NCBI GenBank assembly: GCA_965224485.1
Contig: CBDCZH010000001.1
Coordinates: forward strand, 45,907-109,906
Direction of reading: 5' to 3'
DNA: 64,000 bases
DNA from: Arcobacteraceae bacterium
GTDB lineage: Bacteria; Campylobacterota; Campylobacteria; Campylobacterales; Arcobacteraceae
Shown: positions 49,799-60,444 of the stretch, piece after piece
How positions within the stretch are numbered: position 1 is the stretch's first letter
How the letters are laid out: each line of letters starts with the position of its first letter
Notes under the pieces: model-generated
What the model saw: only the letters and a program-made list of their open reading frames with translations
The model's database searches: none
Told to the model about the DNA's origin: nothing
Translations under genes and position numbers: made by a program

Positions 49799-51346
49799 AT
49801 GGAAGTATTATTAATAGAAGGGCTTATTGTTATTATTTTTTCATCAGCTATGACTGTTTTTGTAATGAAAAAATTTAATAAAGCTAAATTTGATATTTAT
49901 ATTGAACAAGCAAAAGCAAAAGCAAGAGTTATGGAGCATGAAGCAGAAGTAAGTCTAAGAGAAGCGAAAAACAATGCAAAAAGAGATTATGATAGAGAGT
50001 TTAGGAATGCACGTAAAGATTATGACAATATGCTTAATAAAATTGAAAAAAAAGAGCGAGAGTTAAACGAGCATTTAGAATCAGAACTTAAAACGATAAA
50101 AAAACAAAAGTCTGAGATAGTTGAAAATAACGAAAAAATTAAAACTATAAAAGATGGTTTATTAAATCAACAAAAAACTTATGAAGAAAAGATTTCAAAA
50201 GCTATAAAAGTCTTAGAAAATGCTTCTGGACTAACGCAAGATGAAGCGTATAACTTAATGATAGAAAAAGTTAAAGAAGATTCAAGAGAAAAAATTTCTT
50301 CTATTTTTAGAAAAAAGTATAAAATTGCGCAAAAGAATACACAACATGAAATAAATAATATGTTTGCAAATGCAGTTACAAGATATGCAGGTGAGTTTGC
50401 AGCTGAGAGACTTATAAATAATCTACCTATTAATGATGATGAAACTAAGGGTAAGATTATTGGTAAAGAGGGTCGTAATATTAAGGCCTTAGAAATGTTA
50501 TTAGGTGTTGATATTATTATTGATGATACACCAAATACTATTACTATTTCATCTTTTAACTTATATAGAAGAGCAATAGCTACAAAAACTATAAAAGATT
50601 TATTAGAAGATGGAAGAATTCAACCAGCAAGAATTGAAGAGATTTACAAAAAAGTAAAATCTGAGTTTGATGGTAATATTTTAAAAGAAGGGGAAGATGT
50701 ATTATTAGATTTAGGTATAAAATCAATGCATCCAGAACTTACAAAACTTGTAGGAAGACTAAGATATAGAGCTTCTTATGGTCAAAATGCTTTAAAACAT
50801 ACTTTAGAAGTAGCAAATTTAGCAGGTTTATTAGCTGCTCAAATGGGTGGAGATGCTATTCTTGCTAGAAGAGCTGGATTATTGCATGATATTGGTAAAG
50901 CTTTAACGCATGACATGCCAGGAAGCCACGTTGATTTAGGGGCTGAAATTTGTAGAAGATATGATGAACCAGCAACTGTAATAAATGCTATTTATGCCCA
51001 CCATGGACATGAAGAACCTATAAATGTTGAATCTGCTGCTGTTTGTGCCGCTGATGCTCTAAGTGCTGCAAGACCAGGTGCACGAAGAGAAGTCTTAGAG
51101 TCTTATTTAAAAAGAGTAGAAGAGGTTGAAAATATTTCAACTTCAAGAACTGGTGTTATAAATGCTTATGCTATAAATGCAGGACGAGAAGTACGAGTTA
51201 TAGTAAAAGCAGACTTAGTAAATGATGATGAGGCTATTCTTTTAGCAACAGAAATTGCTCAAGAAATAGAAGAAAAAGTACAATACCCAGGTGAGATTAA
51301 GGTTAACGTAATCCGTGAAATACGAGCCCAAAGTTATGCTCGTTAG
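49799..51346 (+). CDS. rny: Ribonuclease Y
   Basis: N-terminal TM, coiled coil, KH domain (GKIIGKEGRNI), HD domain (LLHDIGK). Confidence 0.96.
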   Translation: MEVLLIEGLIVIIFSSAMTVFVMKKFNKAKFDIYIEQAKAKARVMEHEAEVSLREAKNNAKRDYDREFRNARKDYDNMLNKIEKKERELNEHLESELKTIKKQKSEIVENNEKIKTIKDGLLNQQKTYEEKISKAIKVLENASGLTQDEAYNLMIEKVKEDSREKISSIFRKKYKIAQKNTQHEINNMFANAVTRYAGEFAAERLINNLPINDDETKGKIIGKEGRNIKALEMLLGVDIIIDDTPNTITISSFNLYRRAIATKTIKDLLEDGRIQPARIEEIYKKVKSEFDGNILKEGEDVLLDLGIKSMHPELTKLVGRLRYRASYGQNALKHTLEVANLAGLLAAQMGGDAILARRAGLLHDIGKALTHDMPGSHVDLGAEICRRYDEPATVINAIYAHHGHEEPINVESAAVCAADALSAARPGARREVLESYLKRVEEVENISTSRTGVINAYAINAGREVRVIVKADLVNDDEAILLATEIAQEIEEKVQYPGEIKVNVIREIRAQSYAR

Positions 51347-51476
51347 GCTTTAGCTTAGCTCATAACTCTGCGTTGAAGAGATAAATTTAATACTCATGTA
51401 CTAAACGTACACTGCGTTTAAATTTATCTCTTCGCCTTGATTTCTAAACTAAGCTAAAACCTACCAAGCATAACTT
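51331..51476. repeat. Long imperfect palindromic element, copy B, overlapping the rny stop
   Basis: Outer arms AAGTTATGCT/AGCATAACTT; perfect 16-bp inner stem 51375-51390/51418-51433; apical TGTAC-TAAAC-GTACA. Confidence 0.85.
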
Positions 51477-51559
51477 AGTCTTACTCAAAAAATATTTTTC
51501 TTTTAATCAAGGAAAATATAAGGTTCATCTTTTATCTTTAATAAATCACTTTTTTATAT

Positions 51560-52114
51560 TTATGCACTGTTTTTATGAGATAGAATTTCTTTTAAAAGTT
51601 CACTTTGTGTATAAAATTGTTCCATATTAGGTTTTAAAAAAGTTTTTTTAAGCTCAGATATATCATTTGTAACATCTTTAAGTTTTGAGCTAAAAGATGA
51701 TAAATCACTAGAATTTGAAGAATTTGTATCATTTTCATCTACTTTTGTAATAGCTATTCCTGATACTTTTGCTTTAAGTTTTGCAATCATTTTTTCTAAA
51801 TCATCAAACATTTCTTTTATTTCATCTAAATCTACATTCTTTTCACTCATTTTTTCTTTTATTTTTTTAAGCATTTCTTCTAATGCTTCTAGTTCTTCTG
51901 AAGTAAGACCAGTTTTAAATAATGATAAAATATCTTCAACTAGTTTTTCACTCTCTTGCACACTATTTTTATAAGAATCTACTTCTTCTTTTTTCTCTAC
52001 TTGTGAATTTAGAATATTATCAAAAGAGATTATTACTTGTTCAGACTCTTTTTCTATATTATCCTTGTTTGAAACATTATTAGGTTTTGATACTATATTT
52101 ACATTTATTTCCAT
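51560..52114 (-). CDS. Hypothetical acidic helical protein
   Basis: 184-aa ORF with AGGGA RBS; no motif recognised. Confidence 0.6.
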   Translation of the reverse strand: MEINVNIVSKPNNVSNKDNIEKESEQVIISFDNILNSQVEKKEEVDSYKNSVQESEKLVEDILSLFKTGLTSEELEALEEMLKKIKEKMSEKNVDLDEIKEMFDDLEKMIAKLKAKVSGIAITKVDENDTNSSNSSDLSSFSSKLKDVTNDISELKKTFLKPNMEQFYTQSELLKEILSHKNSA

Positions 52115-52312
52115 AAAATCCCTTTAGCTAAGTATACAGATTTTTCATCCCTAAAAAAGTACTTTATTTCTTATATTAATAAAAATATAACTTTTTTAAA
52201 CTAATATTAAGTTTTGTATTTAAAAATTATTTAAATTTATACTTCTTTTATCTACTAAATCAATGAGAACTAATTTATTTTTGGTTAATATTCGCTTTTC
52301 AAAGGATATTTT

Positions 52313-53239
52313 ATACAATCTTCATCAAAAGCATATAAATATGCACTTATTTCTGTTTTTTTATGGTCAACAGTAGCAACTGCTTTTAAAGTATCTTTAC
52401 AATATCTTGATGTACTTACTTTAGTTATGTATTCAAGTTTTTCTTCTTTTCTAGTCTTATTTATCATAATAATTTTTCAAAAAAAGCTACACTTAATTAA
52501 AGACTATATAAAAAATAACTTTTTTCTTATTCTAATCTTGGGATTAATTAATCCTTTTTTATATTATGTTGTTTTATTTAAAGCTTATGATTTATTACCA
52601 GCACAAGAAGCTCAGGCTATAAATTATTCTTGGGCTTTGATGCTTGCTTTCTTATCTGTTATATTTTTAAAACAAAAACTTCGTCTTATTGATTTAATAG
52701 CTGGACTTATTTGTTATTTTGGAGTTATTATCATAGCAACGAAAGGAGATCCTTTATCTTTAAACTTTTCAAACCTAGAAGGTCTTTTTTATGCAATACT
52801 AAGTACCATCTTATGGTCTTTTTATTGGATTTTTTCTACAAAATCAAAAGTTGATCCTGTAATTGCTTTATTTTGTAACTTCTTATTTGCTATGCCTATT
52901 ATTATAGTATATTTTTATTTTACACATGACTTTGTAAGTGTAGATATAAAAGGTATTTTAGGAGCTATGTATATAGGTGTTTTTGAAATGGGTTTAACTT
53001 TTTTGTTTTGGTTAAAAGCAATGCAAAGTGCTATTCATACGTCTAAAATCACAAATCTTATTTTTATTTCTCCTTTTTTATCTTTAATATTTATATATTT
53101 TATCTTAGGCGAAACAATAGAACTTTCAACTATTCATGGTTTAGGTTTGATTATTGCTGGTTTAGTATTAGTTGCCATTTTTGATAATCAAAAAAGAAAA
53201 GAAGCAAGACGAATTGTAAGTAAAAAAATGAAGTCTTAA
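52313..53239 (+). CDS. DMT/EamA-family transporter, with apparent ATA start
   Basis: Hydrophobic frame (KAYKYALISVFLWSTVATAFK) extends 38 codons upstream of ATG 52427; AAAGGA precedes ATA 52313. Confidence 0.8.
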   Translation: MQSSSKAYKYALISVFLWSTVATAFKVSLQYLDVLTLVMYSSFSSFLVLFIIIIFQKKLHLIKDYIKNNFFLILILGLINPFLYYVVLFKAYDLLPAQEAQAINYSWALMLAFLSVIFLKQKLRLIDLIAGLICYFGVIIIATKGDPLSLNFSNLEGLFYAILSTILWSFYWIFSTKSKVDPVIALFCNFLFAMPIIIVYFYFTHDFVSVDIKGILGAMYIGVFEMGLTFLFWLKAMQSAIHTSKITNLIFISPFLSLIFIYFILGETIELSTIHGLGLIIAGLVLVAIFDNQKRKEARRIVSKKMKS

Positions 53240-53301
53240 CTTAAAAATCTAAAGCTTAAGAAATTTTGAATATAATAAAGAAAAATTACATTAAGAGAAG
53301 T

Positions 53302-53892
53302 ATGAAAACACAAAACTTTACAACACAAATAATAGCAGGAAAATATAGAGGTAAGAAGTTAGAATTACCATCTTTAGATGTTACAAGAAGCTCAAAAGCA
53401 AGATTAAAAGAGTCTTTTTTCAATGTTTTGCAGTATGAAATAATTGATAAAATATTTATAGAAGCATTCGCAGGTTCTGGTTCAATTGGGCTTGAAGCAG
53501 TTTCAAGAGAGGCAAAAAGATCTTATTTTATTGAGCTTGATAGAGCTTCTTATCATATTTTATTAAAAAACTGTAAAATGGTAGATTCTTCAAAATGCCA
53601 AACTCTTTTAGGTGATACTTTTAATGAACTTCCAAAAATCATAGAATCTTTAAAAAACTCGCAGGATGAATTAGTTATATATTTAGATCCTCCTTTTGAT
53701 TATAGAGATGGAATGGAAAATATATATGAGAAATCATTTGATTTAGTTAGAAAAATAACAAGTGATAATATATATCTTATTTGTTTTGAACATGTAAGTA
53801 CTTTAGAAATGCCTGAAAACTTAGGTAAGTTTTATATGTACAAAGAGAAAAAATTTGGTAAAAGTACTTTATCGTATTACAAATATAAATAA
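53302..53892 (+). CDS. rsmD: 16S rRNA m2G966 methyltransferase
   Basis: IIAGKYRG, ESFFN, FAGSGSIGLEAVSR, YLDPPF. Confidence 0.92.
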   Translation: MKTQNFTTQIIAGKYRGKKLELPSLDVTRSSKARLKESFFNVLQYEIIDKIFIEAFAGSGSIGLEAVSREAKRSYFIELDRASYHILLKNCKMVDSSKCQTLLGDTFNELPKIIESLKNSQDELVIYLDPPFDYRDGMENIYEKSFDLVRKITSDNIYLICFEHVSTLEMPENLGKFYMYKEKKFGKSTLSYYKYK

Positions 53893-53901
53893 GTAAAAAA
53901 G

Positions 53902-54702
53902 ATGTATAAATTTTCCTTTTATTTACTCTTAGGAACTATTTTAGGGGTATTTATACTTCCTTTTTTATATACAAACTCTCCTTATACCCTAAATCCAAAT
54001 GAAATCTTAGTTTCTCCTTCTTTAGAGCATATTTTTGGTACAGATAGATTAGGACGTGACCTTTTTGCAAGAGTTTTACAAGGTGGTCAGACTTCTTTGA
54101 TTATTGGTTTCTTATCTGCTAGTATTTCATCTTTGCTTGGATTATTTATTGGGATAAATGCAGGTTATTATAAGGGTAATGTTGATAAAGGTATTACTAT
54201 TTTAATTGATTTGTTTTTAACCTTCCCAACATTTTTTTTACTTTTAGCCCTTGTTTCATATATTCAGGCTTCTGCTTTAATTCTAATTATAGTTATTTCA
54301 ATTACTGCTTGGATGGGAATGGCTAGACTTATAAGAAGTGAAAGTTTTTCAATTACAAATAAACCCTATATAAAAATTCTAAATTTAGCAAATGTTTCAA
54401 AATATAAAATTATTTTTAAATATTTTGCTCCTTTATTAGCTCCAATTTTTCTAATCTCTTTTACTTTTGGAGTAGGTGGTTCGATTCTTGCTGAATCAGG
54501 GCTCTCTTTTTTAGGGCTTGGAATAAACCCACCTCAAATGTCGTGGGGAAGTTTATTAAGTTCTGGACGTGATGTTTTAGATATTGCTTGGTGGGTTAGC
54601 TTTTTTCCTGGACTTATGATTTTTATAATTACCTTTTGTCTAATGCAAATTTCTGATTATTTACAAGGAAAAACAAATCAAAAAGAGATTCAGACAACTT
54701 AA
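53902..54702 (+). CDS. Peptide/nickel ABC permease (DppC/OppC-like)
   Basis: HIFGTDRLGRD, ARLIRSE, ESGLSFLGLG..SWG. Confidence 0.9.
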   Translation: MYKFSFYLLLGTILGVFILPFLYTNSPYTLNPNEILVSPSLEHIFGTDRLGRDLFARVLQGGQTSLIIGFLSASISSLLGLFIGINAGYYKGNVDKGITILIDLFLTFPTFFLLLALVSYIQASALILIIVISITAWMGMARLIRSESFSITNKPYIKILNLANVSKYKIIFKYFAPLLAPIFLISFTFGVGGSILAESGLSFLGLGINPPQMSWGSLLSSGRDVLDIAWWVSFFPGLMIFIITFCLMQISDYLQGKTNQKEIQTT

Positions 54703-54795
54703 AATTTAATTAAAAATAAAATCTATTATCTTGTTACATAATTCTTACATAACTTAATAGTAAAATCTATACTAATTTTGAATAAGGAATAAAAT

Positions 54796-56502
54796 TTGAA
54801 CAAACTATTAAAAACTTTGATTTTATTAGCATTTATACCTCTAATGTTATTTGCTGATGCTAAAGAAAATGCGCAAATATATGGTTTTTTAACTATGTTA
54901 CCGCCTTTAGTTACAATTATTTTGGCTTTTGTTACTAGAAATGTAATTTTTTCATTATTTATGGGAATTTTATCAGGTACTTTTTTAGTTAATATAAATG
55001 GTGCTAATATTTTAACAGCATTCATGAATGCTTTTGTAGATATGTCTGCAAAAATGGTTGGTTCTCTTGCTGATTCGTGGAATGCTGGTATTGTTTTACA
55101 AGTTCTTACTATTGGTGGTATGATTGCAGTTATTACTAAAATGGGAGGGCCAAGAGCTATTGCAGAAAAACTTGCAGCTCGTGCTAAGTCTCCTGTTTCA
55201 GCTCAGTTATATACATGGATTATGGGATTCTTTATTTTCTTTGATGATTATGCTAACTCTTTAATAGTTGGACCTATTATGAAACCAGTTACTGATAAAT
55301 TAAAAGTATCAAGAGAAAAACTTGCTTTTATTATTGATTCAACAGCTGCTCCTATTGCAGGACTTGCACTTATCTCTACTTGGGTTGGATATGAGCTATC
55401 TTTAATTAAAGATGCTTATGCTATTTTAGGACAACCAGATATAAATGCATTTTCAATTTTTGTAGAAACTTTACCATATAGATTTTATAATATTCTGATG
55501 TTAGCTTTTGTTTTCTTCTCAGCATATAGTTTAAGAGAATTTGGACCTATGCATAAAGCAGCCAAAAGAGCTTATGAAACAGGTGAAGTATCAAATCCTA
55601 AATCTAAAGGTGTTATGAACCAAGAAAACTCTTTTATGTTACCAAAAGAGGGTGTTAAGTATTCAATGTCAAATGCTATTGTTCCTATTTTAGTATTAAT
55701 ACTTGTTGCTTTTGCTGGTTTTTACATAAATGGTAAAGGTTCACTAGAAGGCGATATTTTAAAAGCTGTTGAGTTAAATCCTTTTTCATTCGCTTCAATT
55801 AGAGATTGTTTTGGAGCAGCTGATGCTTCTATTGTAATTTTTGAAGCAGCCTTATTTGCTTCTTTAGTTGCTATTGCTATGGGTTTACAACAAAAAATAT
55901 TTAACTTACATGATGCAATTGAAACATGGGTTTATGGGGCAAAAGCTCTTGTAATAACTGCAGTTATTTTGATTCTTGCTTGGTCTATCTCTTCTGTTAT
56001 GAAAGAGTTAGGAACGGCTGCTTATTTAGTATCAATCTTATCAAATGCAACACCTCAATTTGTTCTTCCAAGTGCTATTTTTATTCTAGGATCAATTATC
56101 TCTTTTGCAACAGGAACTTCATACGGAACTATGGGTATTTTAATGCCTTTAGCTATTCCTTTAGCAAGTGCTGTTGGTATTAATACTGGTTTAGAAGGTT
56201 CTGAGTTACACTCTTATATTGTATTAAATGTAGGTGCAGTTCTTACAGGTGCTATTTTTGGAGATCATTGTTCACCTATTTCAGATACATCTATTTTATC
56301 TTCAATGGCTGCTTCTTGTGACCATATGGATCACGTATCAACACAGTTACATTATGCTATTTTCGTAGGTATCATTGCAGTTGTGTTTGGATATCTTCCA
56401 GCAGCACTAGGTGTTCCTGTTACTATCTTACTTCCTTTAGGAATGTTAGTAATTGCTTTAGTTATAAGGTTCTACGGAAAACCTTATATGACAGCTTCGT
56501 AA
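54796..56502 (+). CDS. NhaC-family transporter
   Basis: FFDDYAN, SREKLAFIIDSTAAP, SFATGTSYGT, GDHCSPISDT. Confidence 0.9.
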   Translation: MNKLLKTLILLAFIPLMLFADAKENAQIYGFLTMLPPLVTIILAFVTRNVIFSLFMGILSGTFLVNINGANILTAFMNAFVDMSAKMVGSLADSWNAGIVLQVLTIGGMIAVITKMGGPRAIAEKLAARAKSPVSAQLYTWIMGFFIFFDDYANSLIVGPIMKPVTDKLKVSREKLAFIIDSTAAPIAGLALISTWVGYELSLIKDAYAILGQPDINAFSIFVETLPYRFYNILMLAFVFFSAYSLREFGPMHKAAKRAYETGEVSNPKSKGVMNQENSFMLPKEGVKYSMSNAIVPILVLILVAFAGFYINGKGSLEGDILKAVELNPFSFASIRDCFGAADASIVIFEAALFASLVAIAMGLQQKIFNLHDAIETWVYGAKALVITAVILILAWSISSVMKELGTAAYLVSILSNATPQFVLPSAIFILGSIISFATGTSYGTMGILMPLAIPLASAVGINTGLEGSELHSYIVLNVGAVLTGAIFGDHCSPISDTSILSSMAASCDHMDHVSTQLHYAIFVGIIAVVFGYLPAALGVPVTILLPLGMLVIALVIRFYGKPYMTAS

Positions 56503-56522
56503 AAAAGAGTTTAACTCTTTTT
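56501..56522. terminator. Bidirectional terminator
   Basis: AAAAAAGAGT-TTA-ACTCTTTTT between convergent stop codons. Confidence 0.6.
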
Positions 56523-57343
56523 TACATTTTATTTAGAATTTTATCAAGTAAAAATGTTGGTAAAATTCTTTTTGCAAAACCTAAGATATGTGTTGCATAA
56601 GTAACATAATATCTAGGTTTTGGTTTTTTACTTTGCATTATTTTTAAAACTACTAAAGCAACACTTGAAGCTGGAAGGTTAAAAGGTGTATCGTCTTTTT
56701 CACTTTCAAGCCTAACTTTTAACTCTTTTGTATAAACATTTGTAAAAAAACTATTTTTACTATCTACATTTCTCTTAAATTTTTTAAGGGCATTTTCTCT
56801 AAACTTTGAAGTAACTGGACCTGTATTAATAACAGATACAAAAATATTAGAACCTAATACTTCTTGTCTTAAAGTATCAGTTAATCCTTCAATTGCATAC
56901 TTACTTGCATTATAAGAACCTCTAAATTTTAAAGAAATTAAACCTAAAACTGAACTATGTTGTATGATTTTTCCATATTTTTGTTCTCTAAATATTTTCA
57001 TAGCTTGAGTTGTTAATTCATGAAGACCAAATACATTTGTTTCAAACTGTTTTTTTAAAGTTTTAACACTTATATCTTCAAGTGCACCTATTTGTCCATA
57101 TCCTGCATTATTAAATACAGCATCTAAGGTTTTATCTTTTTGCAAAATAGTTTCTAAAGCAAATGATATATCTTTTTTAACTCTAATATCTATTTTAAAT
57201 GTTTCAAAACCTAAGTCTTTTAACATTTGAACATCTTTGTCTTTTCTTGCACTTGCGTAAACTTTAATATTTTCATTTTTTAAAATTTTAGCAGTTTCTA
57301 AACCAATACCAGAAGAACAACCCGTAATTAAAATATTTTGCAC
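56522..57343 (-). CDS. SDR oxidoreductase
   Basis: TGCSSGIG, NNAGYG, YNASK. Confidence 0.92.
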   Translation of the reverse strand: MQNILITGCSSGIGLETAKILKNENIKVYASARKDKDVQMLKDLGFETFKIDIRVKKDISFALETILQKDKTLDAVFNNAGYGQIGALEDISVKTLKKQFETNVFGLHELTTQAMKIFREQKYGKIIQHSSVLGLISLKFRGSYNASKYAIEGLTDTLRQEVLGSNIFVSVINTGPVTSKFRENALKKFKRNVDSKNSFFTNVYTKELKVRLESEKDDTPFNLPASSVALVVLKIMQSKKPKPRYYVTYATHILGFAKRILPTFLLDKILNKM

Positions 57344-57416
57344 TAAATAATCCTATTTTTTTTGCTATTATAACACAAAGAAAAATGAAAAAAATATTAC
57401 TTATAAAAGAAAAAAA

Positions 57417-58183
57417 ATGAACGAAATAAAAAAATTATTAGATAAAGAAGTAAAACAAAGAAATAAAAGCAGTGAACTATCATACGATAAGCCAGATCCC
57501 TCTTAGTTGCTAGTAGATATGATGATGAATATGCTATTTTATTATGTGCTCTTTTTGCTTATGGAAAAGCTAGCCTTATTGTAAAGTTCCTAGATACGTT
57601 AGATTTTTCTCTCTTAAATCAAAGTGAAGATAAAATAAAAAAAGAGCTAAACAATCATTATTATAGGTTCCAAAATAAAGATGATGTAATAGCTATCTTT
57701 ACTGCTTTTAGAAGATTAAAACAAGAAACAAGTTTAAATGAACTTTTTTATAATGAGTATAAAAAAGAGGAAAATATCTTAGAATCACTTGATTGTACAA
57801 TTAAAAAAATCCAAGAAATTAATCCATATACCTCGCAAGGGTATAAGTTCCTAAGCTCAAGCCCTTTTAAAAGAGACAAGCAAGGAAATATAAAAGAAAT
57901 AGGAAATTCTCCATATAAAAGATGGAATATGTTTTTAAGATGGATGGTTAGAAGTGATGAGTTAGACTTAGGTTTATGGCAAAATATAAATAAAAAAGAT
58001 TTAATTCTACCTCTTGATACCCATACCTTTAAAGTAAGCCAAAAACTAGGCCTATTAAACAGAAAAACCTATGATTTGAAATCAGCCTTAGAAATCACTT
58101 CTGTTCTAAAAACTTTTGATAAAAATGACCCAATAAAATATGATTTTGCTCTGTATCGTATTGGACAAGAAAAGATACTCTAA
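57417..58183 (+). pseudogene. TIGR02757/DUF2400-family gene with a -1 frameshift at CCC 57498-57500 (possibly a sequencing error)
   Basis: MNEIKKLLDKEV..KPDP joins LLVASRY..LCALFAYG..KRWNMFLRWMVR..PLDTH..DPIKYDFALY if one C is added. Confidence 0.8.
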
Positions 58184-58240
58184 CTAGATGAGAATACCAA
58201 TATATAGCGCTTGATAACACTTCTTTAAGAAAACTACTAA

Positions 58241-58313
58241 GTACAATTAGATACAATTATATACATATAAATAAAATAATAGGACACCTTTTAAGACACC
58301 TAAAAGGACACCT
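58241..58313 (+). repeat. Candidate integrase arm-type binding sites
   Basis: GACACCT at 58283, 58295 and 58307 (12-bp period); TACAATTA at 58242 and 58252 plus a partial copy (10-bp period). Confidence 0.6.
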
Positions 58314-58329
58314 TTATAAGGATGAATTT

Positions 58330-59550
58330 ATGAATAAGTATATATTAGTAAATATTGAGAATAGAAACTGTATAGGTTTGTTTTTAGAAGTTGATAAAAG
58401 TTTTGATATAAAACTAAATACTATTAAAGCCTATACTGATTTATTAAAGAAGTCTAAAAAAATTAAAATGCAGTTAAGAACTAAGATAGATGGAAAAAGA
58501 GGAAAAAAGAATTTTACTTTTAATTATCATGAAACAAAAAAAGATAAAGAACTTTTATTTGTAAAATCATTTAAAGATGTACTAGATATTATTGATTCTA
58601 AAAGACTTGATATAAAAGAGAAGATAAAAGCAGGTGAAACTTTAAGAAAAAAAAAAGTTATTGATGCAAATGATGAAAAAGAGAAAATTACATTCTTTGA
58701 TAAAGTTGAAGAATTTTTAAGAAATAAAGAAGTATCTGCAAGAAAATCAACAATACAAAATTATAAAACTACACTACTTACTCATACAAAAAAATTACAT
58801 AATAAAGAATTTTCAACTATTAAGATAAAAGATATACAAGATATAATTATAAAACAACTAGAAGATAATAAAGCACCTGCAACAGTAGTTTTATATGCTA
58901 GAACATTAAGAACTTTTTTCAAAGTTTATAAAAAATATCATTCATTAGATTTTGATGATTTAGAATTACCTGAATATAATAATGAAGTTGAATATACTCT
59001 ATCATTAAAAGATACAAAAAAGATTATTAAAGTGTTAAGAGAATATTCAAGAATTGAAATAGATGATGAAGTATTTTATCAATATGAAGAGATTAAAAAT
59101 ATATTTGCTTTTTCTTTAACTGGAAGAAGAATAGGGGAAATATTAAGTTTAAGATTTTGTGATTTAAATTTTGAAACAAACTCTTTTAAAATAATATCTA
59201 TTAATGCAAAAGGAAAAAAAGAATTAAATTTTTCTATTGATGAATATTTACTTGAAGCATTAGAAAGTCAAGCACGATTAAGAAATATTGATTTATATTC
59301 AAGAAGTCAAGCTAAGTTATTTACTTATACTAGAGAAACACCTAGGGTACATTTTCAAAATATTTTAAAGGCTCTTCATTTACCAAAATTAAGACTGCAT
59401 GATATTCGTCATATGCTAGGAACAACACTTGTTCAAAATGGTGTACCTATTCAAGATATTTCTAGGATGTTAGGGCATTCTAGTATAAGTATTACGGAAC
59501 AAAGATATGCTAAGACTAATAAAGAACAAGCAAGTAGGGGCTACAAATAA
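58330..59550 (+). CDS. Tyrosine recombinase / phage-type integrase
   Basis: TGRRIGEILSL (R), LHDIRH (HxxR), LGHSS..TEQRY (H, Y). Confidence 0.93.
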   Translation: MNKYILVNIENRNCIGLFLEVDKSFDIKLNTIKAYTDLLKKSKKIKMQLRTKIDGKRGKKNFTFNYHETKKDKELLFVKSFKDVLDIIDSKRLDIKEKIKAGETLRKKKVIDANDEKEKITFFDKVEEFLRNKEVSARKSTIQNYKTTLLTHTKKLHNKEFSTIKIKDIQDIIIKQLEDNKAPATVVLYARTLRTFFKVYKKYHSLDFDDLELPEYNNEVEYTLSLKDTKKIIKVLREYSRIEIDDEVFYQYEEIKNIFAFSLTGRRIGEILSLRFCDLNFETNSFKIISINAKGKKELNFSIDEYLLEALESQARLRNIDLYSRSQAKLFTYTRETPRVHFQNILKALHLPKLRLHDIRHMLGTTLVQNGVPIQDISRMLGHSSISITEQRYAKTNKEQASRGYK

Positions 59551-59575
59551 ATTTAATGATTTAATGGAGTGAAGA

Positions 59576-60280
59576 ATGAGTGAAATTAAATTTGATAATC
59601 TAACACAAAAAAAACAAGTACTATTAATTAATACATCTTATGATATTGCGAAGAAATATTTTTATCTTATTGATGATGATGTAGTTAATAACCTTAATTC
59701 TTATGTTCAATTAACATCTAATTTTAATGAAATAAGAAAAGAGATTGTTATTATTATGGATAGAATTGTAAAAGAATTAACTGAATTTAAAAACCCACGG
59801 GAATATGCACAAGGTAAGAATAATTATTTGAAAGTATTTTCATTGTTAGCAGTAAAAGAAATTGATAATATAACGTATTCAGATAAGTTGATTTTAATAT
59901 TTTTAGGAACTTACTTTTATTATATATATTATGAGAATATTTCTTACAATAAAAAAGAAATAAAAAAATCAAGAAAATTTATAGAACAAGCTTTAAAAGG
60001 TAATTTATTTGGAGAAAGCAAAAAAGCAATTAAGATTGATTTAGAAATGCAGAAAACAATATTAGATTTAAGAAAGGGAAAAGAAGAATATTTCTTTTTT
60101 AAAAATTTATCTATTTTTGGAAGTATGGGCATTGAAAAGAATAAATTAATAAAAGGTTTTGCAGATAAATTTAAAATGTTTAGTACAAAAAGAGAATCAA
60201 TGGATAAAGCTTTTAAAGATATACCTAATTTTAGTGTAGATAGTTATATGCGTATAATAAAAGAAAATAATTATAAGTAA
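59576..60280 (+). CDS. Hypothetical protein of the element
   Basis: 234-aa ORF with GGAG RBS directly after int. Confidence 0.65.
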   Translation: MSEIKFDNLTQKKQVLLINTSYDIAKKYFYLIDDDVVNNLNSYVQLTSNFNEIRKEIVIIMDRIVKELTEFKNPREYAQGKNNYLKVFSLLAVKEIDNITYSDKLILIFLGTYFYYIYYENISYNKKEIKKSRKFIEQALKGNLFGESKKAIKIDLEMQKTILDLRKGKEEYFFFKNLSIFGSMGIEKNKLIKGFADKFKMFSTKRESMDKAFKDIPNFSVDSYMRIIKENNYK

Positions 60281-60444
60281 ATACTAGAAATAGCTTATTC
60301 TAAAATATGAAAAAAACTTATAAATAAGCTTACTCTTAAAATTAAGAAACTAAGTAAAAATAGACTAGCCTATAAGCCCTATTTAAAGGGTTTAATCAAA
60401 AAAGATAGATTATAATAATTCCATATAAATACAAGGAGTTATAC

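Noticed and set aside
59537..59572. Integrase pseudogene through C-terminal frameshift
   Set aside because: Removing one G from GGGG would extend the end to ASRATNKFNDLME, but all catalytic residues lie upstream; likely an error or harmless
60375..60395. GCCCTATTTAAAGGGT imperfect palindrome (similar one near 60722)
   Set aside because: Short and imperfect; could be a regulator site of the element but cannot be told from chance
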